A stretch of DNA of 64,000 bases from an uncultured cyanobacterium (lineage in GTDB: Bacteria > Cyanobacteriota > Cyanobacteriia > Pseudanabaenales > Pseudanabaenaceae). Position numbers and translations under genes: made by a program. The stretch is taken from the NCBI GenBank assembly GCA_963703315.1, contig OY969811.1:32001-96000 (forward strand), read 5' to 3'. Under the pieces are notes generated by a model, which was not told the origin of the DNA, searched no databases, and saw only the letters and a list, made by a program, of their open reading frames with translations. Of this stretch, positions 40,358-50,595 are shown one piece after another. The number at the start of each line of letters is the position of its first letter. The stretch's first letter is position 1.

Positions 40358-40723
40358 ATGTCCCTTACCCCAGATTCAGATCGCGGAAAAAATAAAGCTT
40401 CCTCTAAAAGTTTCGAGGCAATGCGAAAGTTCTCTGAGAAATACGCAAAAAATACAGGTACTTTTTTTTGTGTCGATCCTAGTGTTACCAATGCCGTTAT
40501 AGAAGGGTTAGCAAAGCATAAGGAAGAGTTAGGCTCTCCGCTCTGCCCTTGTCGCTATTATGAAGACAAGGAAGCTGAGGTCAAAGATACCTATTGGAAC
40601 TGTCCTTGTGTGCCAATGCGCGAACGGAAAGAATGTCACTGTATGTTGTTTCTCACTGAAGATAGTCCTTTTGTCGGTACAAAGCAAGAATTAGAAATCG
40701 TAGAAATTGTTTACGATGCCTAA
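40358..40723 (+). CDS. ftrC: Ferredoxin-thioredoxin reductase catalytic subunit
   Basis: PLCPCR, WNCPCVPMRERKECHCMLF. Confidence 0.93.
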   Translation: MSLTPDSDRGKNKASSKSFEAMRKFSEKYAKNTGTFFCVDPSVTNAVIEGLAKHKEELGSPLCPCRYYEDKEAEVKDTYWNCPCVPMRERKECHCMLFLTEDSPFVGTKQELEIVEIVYDA

Positions 40724-40761
40724 AAAATAGAAGCGGCGTTTTGCGTCGCTTTTACTTTTTG

Positions 40762-40810
40762 GTTAATAATGAGTGGTGTGCGGCAAAGCCGCACACCACT
40801 CATTATTAAC
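40762..40810. repeat. Triloop palindrome (GC-AAA-GC)
   Basis: Perfect 23-bp arms. Confidence 0.78.
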
Positions 40811-40837
40811 GTAGGAAAGTCATTTTCAGTAAAAACT

Positions 40838-40975
40838 ATGACAGTGCAATCCTCAACTGATCAGGAATCATCGAGTAAACCTCAAGATGAACCAATCCTC
40901 TGTCCCCATTGCTTGCGTACTGCGAGTAATGGCATTAAATGTCAGGGGATTTGTGTTTCTGATAGTGGTTATTGA
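40838..40975 (+). CDS. Small Cys-rich (putative Zn-binding) protein
   Basis: 45 aa, CPHC...CQGIC; ATG at 40838 lies outside the upstream palindrome. Confidence 0.55.
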   Translation: MTVQSSTDQESSSKPQDEPILCPHCLRTASNGIKCQGICVSDSGY

Positions 40976-41090
40976 ACCCCAAGAGATGAGTAGCAAAGCC
41001 ACTTGTTGGATTTAAAAACCTAGCGATCGCTATAAAATATTGCTGCGATCAGATCAATGGGATATAAGCAGTTTTACAAAATAAATTACT

Positions 41091-41137
41091 CAAACCCATA
41101 AAGTTGCACCCCTGCGGGGTGCAACTTTATGGGTTTG
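41091..41137. repeat. Triloop palindrome (C-TGC-G)
   Basis: Perfect 22-bp arms. Confidence 0.78.
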
Positions 41138-41177
41138 GATTTGCAATCAATTATGTCTATCTAATTAGAAATTTTCT

Positions 41178-42311
41178 ATGGCAATCAAACGGCGACAGTT
41201 ATTGATATTAGGTGGGTTGGCAATAGGTGGCGGGCTTGGTGGAGCGGCAGTCTCAGGTATCTTGAGCCGTAAACCTGAAGCGATCGCCCCTGTAGATTCT
41301 AAGGCAACTACAGCCAATAACCCTAAACCTGTCAAAACAACTACAGTCAAGCGATCGCCAAATCCTGCCCCCAAAGGTTTATATGCACCTGCAAGGGGTG
41401 ATGTGCGAATTGTGGTGATTAGTGATCTTAATAGTGCCTATGGTTCCACAGATTATATTGATCAAGTCAAACAGGCGATCGCCTTTCTGCCAGCTTGGGA
41501 ACCAGACTTAGTGCTGTGTGGCGGGGACATGGTAGCTGGACAAGACAATAGTCTCACGCCTTCGGAAATAGAAGCAATGTGGCAAGGATTTGATAAACAT
41601 ATTGCTGCACCAATTCGCAAAGCCAAACTTCCCTTTGGATTTACGATTGGGAATCATGATGCATCAGGCTCATCCTTTGGTGGCAAATCTACCTTTGAAA
41701 ATGATCGCAATGCCGTCATCAAATATTGGAGCAATCCCAAACATGATCCCAATTTAAACTTTGTCGATCGCACAGGTTTCCCTTTTTACTACACATTTGA
41801 GCAAAATGATATTTTCTTTTTAACTTGGGATGCCTCAACAGCAGAGATTCCTTCAGCACAATTAAAATGGGCAGAAAAGAGTCTGACAAGTGAATCGGCT
41901 CAAAAAGCGAAGTTACGGATTGCGATCGGGCATTTGCCTCTGTATGCGGTTGCTAAGGGGCGGGAGACTGCTGGAAATTATTTAGATGATGCCGATCGCT
42001 TGAGAGCTTTGTTCGAGAAATACAATGTTCATACCTACATTAGCGGACATGATCATGCCTACTATCCTGCCCATAAAGGCAAGTTAGAACTGCTAAATGC
42101 GGGTGTTTTAGGCGATGGACCGCGCCGCTTACTGAGTGGCGATATTGCGCCAAATCGCACCGTGAGCGTAATCGATATTAAGCTGGAAACTGCGGAAACG
42201 ATTTATACGACCTACGATATGGATACACTGAAGGTTGTCGATCAAAATACTTTGCCCCGCTATATTGACGCACCTAATGGTCGGATTACGCGCCGTGATA
42301 TCAAGATATAA
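41178..42311 (+). CDS. Tat-exported metallophosphoesterase
   Basis: KRRQLL twin-Arg signal; SDLN, GGDMV, GNHD, SGHDH motifs. Confidence 0.83.
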   Translation: MAIKRRQLLILGGLAIGGGLGGAAVSGILSRKPEAIAPVDSKATTANNPKPVKTTTVKRSPNPAPKGLYAPARGDVRIVVISDLNSAYGSTDYIDQVKQAIAFLPAWEPDLVLCGGDMVAGQDNSLTPSEIEAMWQGFDKHIAAPIRKAKLPFGFTIGNHDASGSSFGGKSTFENDRNAVIKYWSNPKHDPNLNFVDRTGFPFYYTFEQNDIFFLTWDASTAEIPSAQLKWAEKSLTSESAQKAKLRIAIGHLPLYAVAKGRETAGNYLDDADRLRALFEKYNVHTYISGHDHAYYPAHKGKLELLNAGVLGDGPRRLLSGDIAPNRTVSVIDIKLETAETIYTTYDMDTLKVVDQNTLPRYIDAPNGRITRRDIKI

Positions 42312-42349
42312 AAGATGGCACGAAGTGCCATCTTTTATATCTTGATATC
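42297..42349. repeat. Triloop palindrome (C-GAA-G) overlapping the gene end
   Basis: Perfect 25-bp arms; the left arm includes the last four codons and the stop. Confidence 0.8.
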
Positions 42350-42461
42350 GCTAAAACGGGAACATGATTTAGTTTCGTTTCCGAATGTGTAACCAAACTA
42401 CTTTCTATTGAGGAGGGTGATATCTTAAGAATAAGAGAAATATAACTAAGGATTTAATAAT

Positions 42462-43196
42462 ATGCGTCATCTCACTACATTTGTTCTCAGTCTTGCCTTT
42501 TGCGTTCCCGCGATCGCCGCGATCGCCCCTTCCGCAAAAGCTCAAGAAAGCTCAACCAGTATTCAATCAGTAAAAAATGAGCGTGTTCTCACAGTAACAG
42601 GACGGGGAGAACGGTCAGTAAAAACTACCAAAGCCAGAATCCAACTAGGTGTGACGGCTGAGGGTAAAACCGCGATCGCTGTTCAAGAAGAAGTTGCGCG
42701 TCAGGCTAATAGTATTGTTTCGCGCTTGCAGCAACTAGGTGTAGAGAAATTACAAACCACTAGTATTCAGCTTAATCCTAAATATGTTTACGAAAATAAT
42801 CGTCAACGCCAAGATGGATTTACTGGACAAACTAGTGTCAGTTTTGTCGTAGCGATCGCTCAAGCAGGCTCCACCCTTGATGCGGCTGTAAACTCTGGTG
42901 CAAACCAAATCGAGCAGATTAGTTTCATTGCCACTGATGTTGAGTTAAATGCCGCTAAGCAAGTCGCGCTTCAAGATGCGATCAAAGATGCTCAAACTCA
43001 ATCGAATACTGTGTTGAGTGCTTTAGGTTTCACGCCCAAAACGATCAAGACGATTAATATTAGTGATTCGGCGATCGCCTATCCAGTTCCTCAACCACGC
43101 ATGACAACCTTTGCTAAAGATGCGGCTAACTCCGTGCCGATTTTAGGTGGTGAGCAGAAAGTCGAAGCTTCAGTCACTTTGCAAATCACTTATTAA
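42462..43196 (+). CDS. SIMPL (DUF541) domain protein
   Basis: Signal peptide, LTVTGRG, LDAAVNSGANQI, GGEQKVEASVTLQITY. Confidence 0.83.
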   Translation: MRHLTTFVLSLAFCVPAIAAIAPSAKAQESSTSIQSVKNERVLTVTGRGERSVKTTKARIQLGVTAEGKTAIAVQEEVARQANSIVSRLQQLGVEKLQTTSIQLNPKYVYENNRQRQDGFTGQTSVSFVVAIAQAGSTLDAAVNSGANQIEQISFIATDVELNAAKQVALQDAIKDAQTQSNTVLSALGFTPKTIKTINISDSAIAYPVPQPRMTTFAKDAANSVPILGGEQKVEASVTLQITY

Positions 43197-43267
43197 AATA
43201 ACTGTATAACTGTGGCGCGGCTTAGCCGCGTCACAGTTATTTTAATTGAGGGGCTTTAAGCTTTAGA

Positions 43268-43924
43268 ATGACTGAAGACCCCTTAACCAATTTCATGCTG
43301 GACTATATCCGTGATGGCAACGCCATTTATCAACAATCCTTTGCCACCATCCGCGCCGAAGCCAATTTAGCGATTCTGCCTCAAGACTTAGAAGTAGTGG
43401 CAGTGCGGTTAATCCATGCCTGTGGAATGACGGATATAGTTGAGGATCTTGCCTATTCTGAAGATGTGGTCAAAGTCGGTAGAGAGGCACTAAAAAATGG
43501 GGCAAAGATTTTCTGTGACGCGCAAATGGTTGCTAATGGTGTGACCCGCAAGCGTTTACCTGCTAATAATGAGGTAATTTGCACCTTAAATGAGCCTGAA
43601 GTCCTAGATCTTGCTAAGCAAATCGGCAATACCAGATCCGCCGCCGCTATGGAACTATGGCGATCGCAGATTGAGGGGGCAATTGTAGCGATCGGCAATG
43701 CCCCGACTGCCCTATTTCGACTATTAGAAATGCTCGATCAAGGTTTGCCTAAACCAGCCGTTATACTAGGATTCCCTGTTGGTTTTGTCGGTGCGATCGA
43801 ATCAAAGGCAGCATTGGCAGCAAACAGTCGTGGTGTCGCCTTTTTGACCATTCACGGTCGGCGAGGTGGTAGTGCGATGGCGGCAGCCGCCTTGAATGCC
43901 TTAGCAATGGAGAATGAGCTATAG
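43268..43924 (+). CDS. cobH: Precorrin-8X methylmutase
   Basis: RLIHACG, TRSAAA, IGNAPTAL, PVGFVGAIESK, GRRGGSA. Confidence 0.92.
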   Translation: MTEDPLTNFMLDYIRDGNAIYQQSFATIRAEANLAILPQDLEVVAVRLIHACGMTDIVEDLAYSEDVVKVGREALKNGAKIFCDAQMVANGVTRKRLPANNEVICTLNEPEVLDLAKQIGNTRSAAAMELWRSQIEGAIVAIGNAPTALFRLLEMLDQGLPKPAVILGFPVGFVGAIESKAALAANSRGVAFLTIHGRRGGSAMAAAALNALAMENEL

Positions 43925-43931
43925 CAGTTCG

Positions 43932-43985
43932 ACTAAAACATTCATTAGAGGCAATTCATAAATTGCCTCTAATGAATGTTTTAGT
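43932..43985. repeat. Long palindrome with GGCAATTCATAAATTGCC core
   Basis: Inverted repeat; core related to 963-990. Confidence 0.7.
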
Positions 43986-44030
43986 TTCGCAAGGAAAAAA
44001 TTTCTCTAACCCATGATTTAGGATTGTTAT

Positions 44031-44756
44031 ATGAAGCCAATTGCAGAAGTAATTACCAAAAAAGGAAGTCTCTATGGTTTAGGAATTGGACCTGGTGATC
44101 CAGAGTTGTTAACCATCAAAGCCCATCGCATTTTGACTTCAGTGCCTGTCATTGCCTATCCCACAATGGAAAGTGGTAAGGTCTTCGCAAGGGCGATCGT
44201 TGCTGATTATATTCGTCCTGAACAGATTGAAGTTCCAATGCCACTTCCCTTTAGTGTGGAACGTTCTTCCCAACCCTATTACGATATTGGTGCGGAAAAA
44301 ATTGCAGAACATCTAGAAGCAGGACGTGATGTAGCTGTCCTTTGTGAAGGCGATCCGATGCTTTACGGTTCGTTTATGTATATTTTTAATCGCCTTGCGG
44401 ATAGGTTTCATACAGAAGTCATTCCAGGAATATCTTCCACTTTTGCTAGTGCGGCGATGCTCGGCGCTCCGCTTACCTATCGCAATGATGTATTAAGCAT
44501 TATGCCAGCTACTTTAGAAGCCGATATTTTGCGCGATCGCCTAGCCGTTGCCGATGCCGCAGTAATTATCAAACTTGGTAGACATTTCGCCAAGATTAAA
44601 TCAATTTTGCAAGAATTAAATCTCTTTGAACGTGCCTTATATATAGAGCGAGCAACCTTGCCCAATCAAGTGATTAAGCCGATCGCCTCAGTTGTTGCCG
44701 AGGAAGTTCCCTATTGGGCGATCGTGATGATTCCGAGTCAAACTAATCCGCAGTAG
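44031..44756 (+). CDS. cobI: Precorrin-2 C20-methyltransferase
   Basis: GIGPGDPELLT, LCEGDPMLYGSF, VIPGISS, IIKLGRH. Confidence 0.9.
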   Translation: MKPIAEVITKKGSLYGLGIGPGDPELLTIKAHRILTSVPVIAYPTMESGKVFARAIVADYIRPEQIEVPMPLPFSVERSSQPYYDIGAEKIAEHLEAGRDVAVLCEGDPMLYGSFMYIFNRLADRFHTEVIPGISSTFASAAMLGAPLTYRNDVLSIMPATLEADILRDRLAVADAAVIIKLGRHFAKIKSILQELNLFERALYIERATLPNQVIKPIASVVAEEVPYWAIVMIPSQTNPQ

Positions 44757-45495
44757 TGATTAAATTATTTTTAGGATCTGTGTCAATGTTATCAATTTCA
44801 TTTAACAACTTGTTGAGAAACAGATTTTTTTGTAAATCTTCATCTAGCTGAGCCTTATTCTTTTCAATGTGTTTGGTAATTACATCCCTCAAAGAATTAC
44901 TTTTATTAGTAGTTATCGAAGATGATGCTACATCTAAACTGGTTTTGCGTAAAAATAAACGTTTTTTAGTTGATGATAGTTTTTGATATCGCCAACTTAT
45001 CTCATCGACAATTTGATTATTGAGATTTTGAATCGGATTGATTTTATCTTGATTAAAGTAAAACAATACCCCAACAATACAAATAATAAAGGTAAATATA
45101 TTTATAAAATGATTGATTCTATAGGATTGTTTATACTCTTCAATTTGCCTTTCATAGATTTGGCGAGGTTTTTCTTTCCAGAAAAATTCGACAAACTTCT
45201 TTCGCAAACGAATACCAACTAATAATTTATTTAGACTACTTGAATCTTTTTTGAGAGCCTGAATTCTTACTGTATGTAACTTTGGTGCTTCACAATCTCT
45301 TGCACCAGCAATCCTTTTATTCAGGTCAGGTTCATCAGCAAAACAGAGAATATTTTCTGTTTTAGTTGCTAGGTTTTTAGCATCAATGTATGGATTTTCT
45401 TTGCCAATTCGCCATTTACCACCGATTCTCACTAGATAATATGCCTTGCCAATCTCAAAGCCAGTAACGTTCTTTATTTCTTCGATTGTTGGCAA
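44743..45495 (-). CDS. AT-rich hypothetical membrane protein inserted in the cob cluster
   Basis: 250-aa ORF with one TM segment; TTG start uncertain. Confidence 0.5.
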   Translation of the reverse strand: MPTIEEIKNVTGFEIGKAYYLVRIGGKWRIGKENPYIDAKNLATKTENILCFADEPDLNKRIAGARDCEAPKLHTVRIQALKKDSSSLNKLLVGIRLRKKFVEFFWKEKPRQIYERQIEEYKQSYRINHFINIFTFIICIVGVLFYFNQDKINPIQNLNNQIVDEISWRYQKLSSTKKRLFLRKTSLDVASSSITTNKSNSLRDVITKHIEKNKAQLDEDLQKNLFLNKLLNEIDNIDTDPKNNLITTAD

Positions 45496-45777
45496 TTCAT
45501 CTAGCCACTGTTCAAGTTCTGTTAAGGTCGGATTAGGACTTTTTACTGAATTTTTGATGTAAAGTGATTATAGAAAAGTTTTAGAGACAATCATTGAATC
45601 TAAAATATAGCTAAATTTCAAATTCAAGTCAATAATTTATAGATCAAACAACAGTAAAATAAGCCAAAATACTTACTCTGGGATTTGTCCCAAATATTAC
45701 TAATGGCAATATTTAAAGTTGAATCAAAAGTATTCGATAAAGCATAGTAGTTAAATATTAATAAATAGCAAAAGTAA

Positions 45778-47190
45778 ATGAAGTCGCCTGTAATTATTGT
45801 CTTAGGGGAAAAAAGTATTGCGATCGCTCGCAAAGTTCAAACAGCCATTGCTAATGCCACAATTTATGGACTCGCAACACGCACCCGAAATGCCGATCTC
45901 CATTACGATAAATTTAGCGAAACCATTAACGAATTATTTAGTCAAGGACATTCGATAATTGGCATTTGTTCCGCAGGAATTTTAATTCGATCTTTAGCAC
46001 CTTTACTCTCCGATAAACGTGCTGAACCACCTGTAATTGCGATCGCGGAAGATGGCAGTGCGGTAGTTCCCCTGTTAGGTGGACTCAATGGAGCTAATGA
46101 TCTAGCAAGAGCGATCGCTGATGTTCTCCAAATTCAACCTGCTATTACTACTACAGGCGAATTAAGATTTCGGGCTTCTTTATTAGCTCCTCCTGCTAAT
46201 TATCGGTTACTTAATTATGATGAACAGGCAAAGACATTTTTAGCAGATTTATTAGCAGGAGCAACTGTTAAACTGATTGGTGATGCTCCTTGGCTCAGTG
46301 ATAGCCAGCTTCCTTTTGCAGGTGATGCTAGCCATCAAATAGAAATTATTGCTGGTGAAGTAGAGTTAAAGGCGATCGCCGCCAAGCTAAGCTCAAATTA
46401 TTTAATCTACCAAGCGATCAATATCCCCAATCCAATTATTAAAGGCAAAGTCTCGATCATTGGTACAGGACCTGGTGCAGCGAAATGGATGTCGCCCGAA
46501 GTTAAAGCGATTCTCGAATCAGCAACGGATTTTGTCGGTTATAAAACCTACGTCAATCTAGTCAAGGAATTCACCAAAGGAAAAATTATCCATGCTTCTG
46601 ACAATCGAGTGGAACTAGACCGCGCCCGTCATGCCCTCGAATTAGCCACTGAAGGCAAATCTGTAGTAATTGTCTCATCTGGTGATGCAGGTATTTATGG
46701 TATGGCTTCGGCAGTTTTTGAAGTTGTAGATCAAGATAGCCCCAAATGGAACCATGTCGATATCCATGTTGCTCCTGGGATTTCTGCTGTCCAAGCGGCG
46801 GCGGCGGCGATCGGCGCACCAATTGGACATGATTTCTGCACGATTTCTCTTTCAGATATTCTCAAACCTTGGGAAATCATCGAACAGAGATTAGCCGCCG
46901 CCGCTCAAGCCGATTTTGTGATTGCAATTTATAATCCCATTTCCACACAGCGTAAATGGCAACTTTCATCTGCTAAAGAGACTTTACTAAAATGGCGATC
47001 GCCTAATACACCTGTAGTTTTAGGTCATAGGATGGGGCGCAAAGGTGAAAATGTGAAGGTGATTACGTTGGCAGAATTAGCACCTGAATTGGCAGATATG
47101 CAAACAGTGATTATTGTTGGGTCTAGTAAAACTAAGGTGTTAGAAATAGGCGATCGCTTACGAGTGTATACACCCCGCAAATACGATTAA
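45778..47190 (+). CDS. cobJ: CbiG-N / precorrin-3B C17-methyltransferase fusion
   Basis: N-terminal GILIRSLAP..DK..EPPV..VPLLGG..GAN; C-terminal GTGPG, SSGDAGIYGMA, GHDFCTISLSD, YTPRKY. Confidence 0.87.
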   Translation: MKSPVIIVLGEKSIAIARKVQTAIANATIYGLATRTRNADLHYDKFSETINELFSQGHSIIGICSAGILIRSLAPLLSDKRAEPPVIAIAEDGSAVVPLLGGLNGANDLARAIADVLQIQPAITTTGELRFRASLLAPPANYRLLNYDEQAKTFLADLLAGATVKLIGDAPWLSDSQLPFAGDASHQIEIIAGEVELKAIAAKLSSNYLIYQAINIPNPIIKGKVSIIGTGPGAAKWMSPEVKAILESATDFVGYKTYVNLVKEFTKGKIIHASDNRVELDRARHALELATEGKSVVIVSSGDAGIYGMASAVFEVVDQDSPKWNHVDIHVAPGISAVQAAAAAIGAPIGHDFCTISLSDILKPWEIIEQRLAAAAQADFVIAIYNPISTQRKWQLSSAKETLLKWRSPNTPVVLGHRMGRKGENVKVITLAELAPELADMQTVIIVGSSKTKVLEIGDRLRVYTPRKYD

Positions 47191-47229
47191 GGTTCTAAGT
47201 AGCTGAGCGCAATTAAAAACCAAAGCCAA

Positions 47230-47266
47230 AAAACTGTGGCGCACGCGCAGCGTGCGCCACAGTTTT
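47230..47266. repeat. Triloop palindrome (GC-GCA-GC)
   Basis: Same core as 15942-15984. Confidence 0.8.
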
Positions 47267-47322
47267 ATATTATGCTCAGCGTACGATGTTGCACATATTC
47301 AGAATATTCAAACTTCAACAAC

Positions 47323-47366
47323 AACAACAGAAAAGCCTCTCCTTTTGGAGAGGCTTTTCTGTTGTT
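47323..47366 (-). terminator. psbA (left copy) intrinsic terminator
   Basis: GC-rich hairpin with U tract ~25 nt after the stop. Confidence 0.85.
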
Positions 47367-47390
47367 TCGATTAGGAATTAGGTTAGAAGA

Positions 47391-48473
47391 TTAACCATTG
47401 ATAGCAGGAGCAGCCATAGCTACAGGAGCAACATCAACAGCAGCCAAATCGAGAGGGAAGTTGTGAGCATTGCGCTCGTGCATTACTTCCATACCCAAGT
47501 TAGCGCGGTTGATTACGTCTGCCCAAGAAGGAACAACGCGACCTTGGCTATCAGAGATTGATTGGTTGAAGTTGAAACCGTTCAAGTTGAATGCCATGGT
47601 GCTTACACCCAATGCAGTAAACCAAATGCCGACTACTGGCCATAGAGCCAAGAAGAAGTGCAATTGACGGCTGTTGTTGAAAGAAGCGTATTGGAAAATC
47701 AAACGACCGAAGTAACCGTGAGCTGCAACGATGTTGTAGGTTTCTTCTTCTTGCCCGAACTTGTAACCAGCGTTTTGGCTTTCGTTTTCAGTTGTTTCAC
47801 GAATCAAGCTGGAGGTTACGAGTGAACCGTGCATCGCACTGAACAATGAACCGCCGAATACACCTGCTACTCCCAACATGTGGAAAGGATGCATCAAGAT
47901 GTTGTGTTCTGCTTGGAATACGATCATGAAGTTGAAAGTACCAGAGATACCCAAAGGCATACCGTCAGAGAAAGAGCCTTGTCCGATTGGGTAGATCAAG
48001 AATACTGCGGTTGCTGCTGCTACTGGTGCAGAGTATGCTACGGCGATCCAAGGACGCATACCGAGGCGGTAAGACAATTCCCATTCACGTCCCATGTAGC
48101 AGAAAATGCCGAGTAGGAAGTGGAATACTACCAATTGGTAAGGACCACCGTTGTATAGCCATTCGTCGAGGCTATCTGCTTCCCAAATGGGGTAAAAGTG
48201 CAGGCCAATCGCGTTAGAGGAAGGTACGACTGCGCCAGAAATCATGTTGTTACCAAATAGCAAGGAACCTGCTACTGGTTCGCGGATACCGTCGATATCG
48301 ACAGGAGGTGCGGCGATGAAGGCGATTACGAAGCAAATGGTTGCTGCGAGTAGGCAGGGGATCATGATTACGCCGAACCAACCTACATAGAGGCGGTTGT
48401 CGGTGCTGGTGATCCAACTGCAAAACTGATCCCAGATCGAAGCGCTTTCGCGTCTTTGTACTGCTGTTGTCAT
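47391..48473 (-). CDS. psbA: Photosystem II D1 protein (Glu130)
   Basis: 360-aa D1 sequence from [10 protein letters not shown] to HNFPLDLA plus C-terminal extension. Confidence 0.98.
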   Translation of the reverse strand: MTTAVQRRESASIWDQFCSWITSTDNRLYVGWFGVIMIPCLLAATICFVIAFIAAPPVDIDGIREPVAGSLLFGNNMISGAVVPSSNAIGLHFYPIWEADSLDEWLYNGGPYQLVVFHFLLGIFCYMGREWELSYRLGMRPWIAVAYSAPVAAATAVFLIYPIGQGSFSDGMPLGISGTFNFMIVFQAEHNILMHPFHMLGVAGVFGGSLFSAMHGSLVTSSLIRETTENESQNAGYKFGQEEETYNIVAAHGYFGRLIFQYASFNNSRQLHFFLALWPVVGIWFTALGVSTMAFNLNGFNFNQSISDSQGRVVPSWADVINRANLGMEVMHERNAHNFPLDLAAVDVAPVAMAAPAING

Positions 48474-48528
48474 TTTTGTGTTTTGGATTAAAACTTGTTT
48501 TTTGTATAAGCTTTCGCTCACATTTACA

Positions 48529-48556
48529 AATATATCAAATTGTAAAGATTTGTCAA
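48529..48556 (-). promoter_or_regulatory. psbA promoter TTGACA-N16-TATATT with overlapping HLR1-like repeat
   Basis: Minus strand reads TTGACAAA tc TTTACAAT ttga TATATT. Confidence 0.6.
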
Positions 48557-48625
48557 CATTACTTTAGATAAAGGTCGAGATTACCGATCCAATAAAAAAG
48601 GAGGCGCTTCGCACCTCCTTTTTTA

Positions 48626-49075
48626 TTATTCGTAAACCCAAGCAGTTAAGTTTGGTTGCCACTCGACTAGTTCTTCAGGTTTAAACCAAAGTGCAATCTC
48701 GGTTTGAGCAGTTTCGATCGCATCAGAACCATGAATAATATTGCGTCCAATGTTTACGCCGAAGTCACCACGGATTGTCCCTGGTTCCGCAGTAAGGGGA
48801 TTGGTTGCACCGATAATCTTACGGGCTGAAGCAACTGCACCATCGCCTTCCCATACCATTGCGACGACGGGACCTGAGGTAATAAAGTCAACTAGACCTG
48901 CAAAAAAAGGTCTTTCTTTGTGAACTGCATAGTGACTTTCAGCGAGTTCGCGACTTGGCTGTACCAATTTCAATCCGACAAGCTTAAAACCTTTTGCTTC
49001 ATAACGACGAATAATTTCTCCGACTAGGTGACGTTGCACGCCATCGGGCTTAACTGCCAAAAAAGTACGTTCCAT
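48626..49075 (-). CDS. ndk: Nucleoside diphosphate kinase
   Basis: [30 protein letters not shown]. Confidence 0.96.
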   Translation of the reverse strand: MERTFLAVKPDGVQRHLVGEIIRRYEAKGFKLVGLKLVQPSRELAESHYAVHKERPFFAGLVDFITSGPVVAMVWEGDGAVASARKIIGATNPLTAEPGTIRGDFGVNIGRNIIHGSDAIETAQTEIALWFKPEELVEWQPNLTAWVYE

Positions 49076-49196
49076 GATCTCTGTAAAAGTATTAAGCAAA
49101 TGTAAAGAAGTTTACAGAAAGCATTATTTCATTTTGTGGCATCAAATTAAAAAACAAAAGAGAGTGGCGGCGCATCGCGCCGTTACTCTCTTTTGT

Positions 49197-49844
49197 TTAC
49201 CAGCCATGCTCAGCGAGAAATGCTGGTGTAACTTCAGGATACGAGAGATTACTGTGGGCGATATTGCCTGATCTGAGAAATTTCTCGACATACTTACCCA
49301 GTAAATCGCCTTCTAAATGCACGGAACTACCAAGATCAAGATTTTTCAAAGTGGTGTTGTCGTAAGTATGCGGAATTACGGCAACCCGAAAATTTGTACC
49401 TGAGTCATTGCAATGGGAAATGGTAAGACTGATCCCATTAATCGTAATACTGCCTTTAAAAACTATATAACGAGCTACATCAGCGCTAGCTTCAAAACTT
49501 AATTCCCATGAATTGCCAACGAGGGCGCGATCGCTTAATTTGCCCATGCCATCAATATGACCTGAGACAAAATGTCCACCGATGCGATCGCCTACAGCTA
49601 GAGCTAATTCGAGGTTAACGTATTTTAATTTGCGATCGCCAAAATTTGTGCGTCCCAAAGTTTCGGGTGAAACATCGGCAGTAAAATTGGTTGATGAAAT
49701 TTGGGTGGCAGTGAGACAGACCCCATTGACGGCAATGCTATCACCGATCGCAATTTTGGCAATAAGATCAGGACAATGGATTACAAGGCGATCATGATCG
49801 CGCTGTTCAATTATGCCAATGGTTTGCACAAGTCCTGTGAACAT
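49197..49844 (-). CDS. ribE: Riboflavin synthase (alpha chain)
   Basis: MFTGLV N-terminus, GDSIAVNGVCLT, GGHFVSGHIDG. Confidence 0.92.
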   Translation of the reverse strand: MFTGLVQTIGIIEQRDHDRLVIHCPDLIAKIAIGDSIAVNGVCLTATQISSTNFTADVSPETLGRTNFGDRKLKYVNLELALAVGDRIGGHFVSGHIDGMGKLSDRALVGNSWELSFEASADVARYIVFKGSITINGISLTISHCNDSGTNFRVAVIPHTYDNTTLKNLDLGSSVHLEGDLLGKYVEKFLRSGNIAHSNLSYPEVTPAFLAEHGW

Positions 49845-49900
49845 TTTGAATAATTGGGTTTGGTAATTGGGGTTAATTGCAATTTTATTATTAAAATATC

Positions 49901-49917
49901 GCTAGCATTATGCTAGC
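49901..49917. promoter_or_regulatory. Palindromic operator candidate for the VapBC pair
   Basis: GCTAGCA-TTA-TGCTAGC ending 36 nt upstream of the RHH antitoxin start. Confidence 0.55.
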
Positions 49918-49953
49918 ATTAGATCGCAATCAAATTTTAGTATTCTCAAGATT

Positions 49954-50184
49954 ATGGCTGCTATCACGATTCGCAATATTTCCGATGAATTGGTTGATCG
50001 CATTAAATTTTTAGCCGAACAAAAAGGTGTTTCGATGGAGCAGGAAGTCCGAGATCTGCTACAGACACGTTATGGTAATCGCTTAGAAGTGATTGCTCGA
50101 ATTCGCCTCAGAAACGAGACTCTACCACTTGAGCAAGAGAGTCATGTCCAAGCATGGCAAGATACAGGACGGATCACCATATAA
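49954..50184 (+). CDS. FitA-like ribbon-helix-helix antitoxin
   Basis: MAAITIRNISDEL...A...GVSMEQEVRDLL. Confidence 0.8.
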   Translation: MAAITIRNISDELVDRIKFLAEQKGVSMEQEVRDLLQTRYGNRLEVIARIRLRNETLPLEQESHVQAWQDTGRITI

Positions 50185-50202
50185 ATTATCAAGATAAATT
50201 AA

Positions 50203-50595
50203 ATGATTATCGATACTATGGTGTTTGCTTATGCATTACTTCATGTGGAAGGAAAGTCCGAGCAAGCGCTGAGCGCTTTAAGCTCTGCACCGCAGATCGT
50301 CGTTCCTGATTCGCTGTTTGTTGAATTAGGCAATGTGATTTGGCAATGGATTAAATTTCAAAACCTACCTTTACGGACTGGACTTGATGCATTGCAGGAT
50401 GCGGAAGCATTAGTTGATATAACAATTAAGAGTTCTCAGCTTCGTGATCTCGCCTTAGAGTTAGCCGTCAGTAATGATCATCCTTTTTACGACACCTTGT
50501 TTGTGGCTGCGGCAATGCAAATCAATACAGAGGTTGTCACCTTTGATCGGAAGTTAGCTAATAAATTTTCCAACCATGTCATATTAATTACATAA
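50203..50595 (+). CDS. VapC/PIN-domain toxin
   Basis: MIIDT, ELGNV, FYDTLFVAAA, VTFDRKL. Confidence 0.83.
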   Translation: MIIDTMVFAYALLHVEGKSEQALSALSSAPQIVVPDSLFVELGNVIWQWIKFQNLPLRTGLDALQDAEALVDITIKSSQLRDLALELAVSNDHPFYDTLFVAAAMQINTEVVTFDRKLANKFSNHVILIT

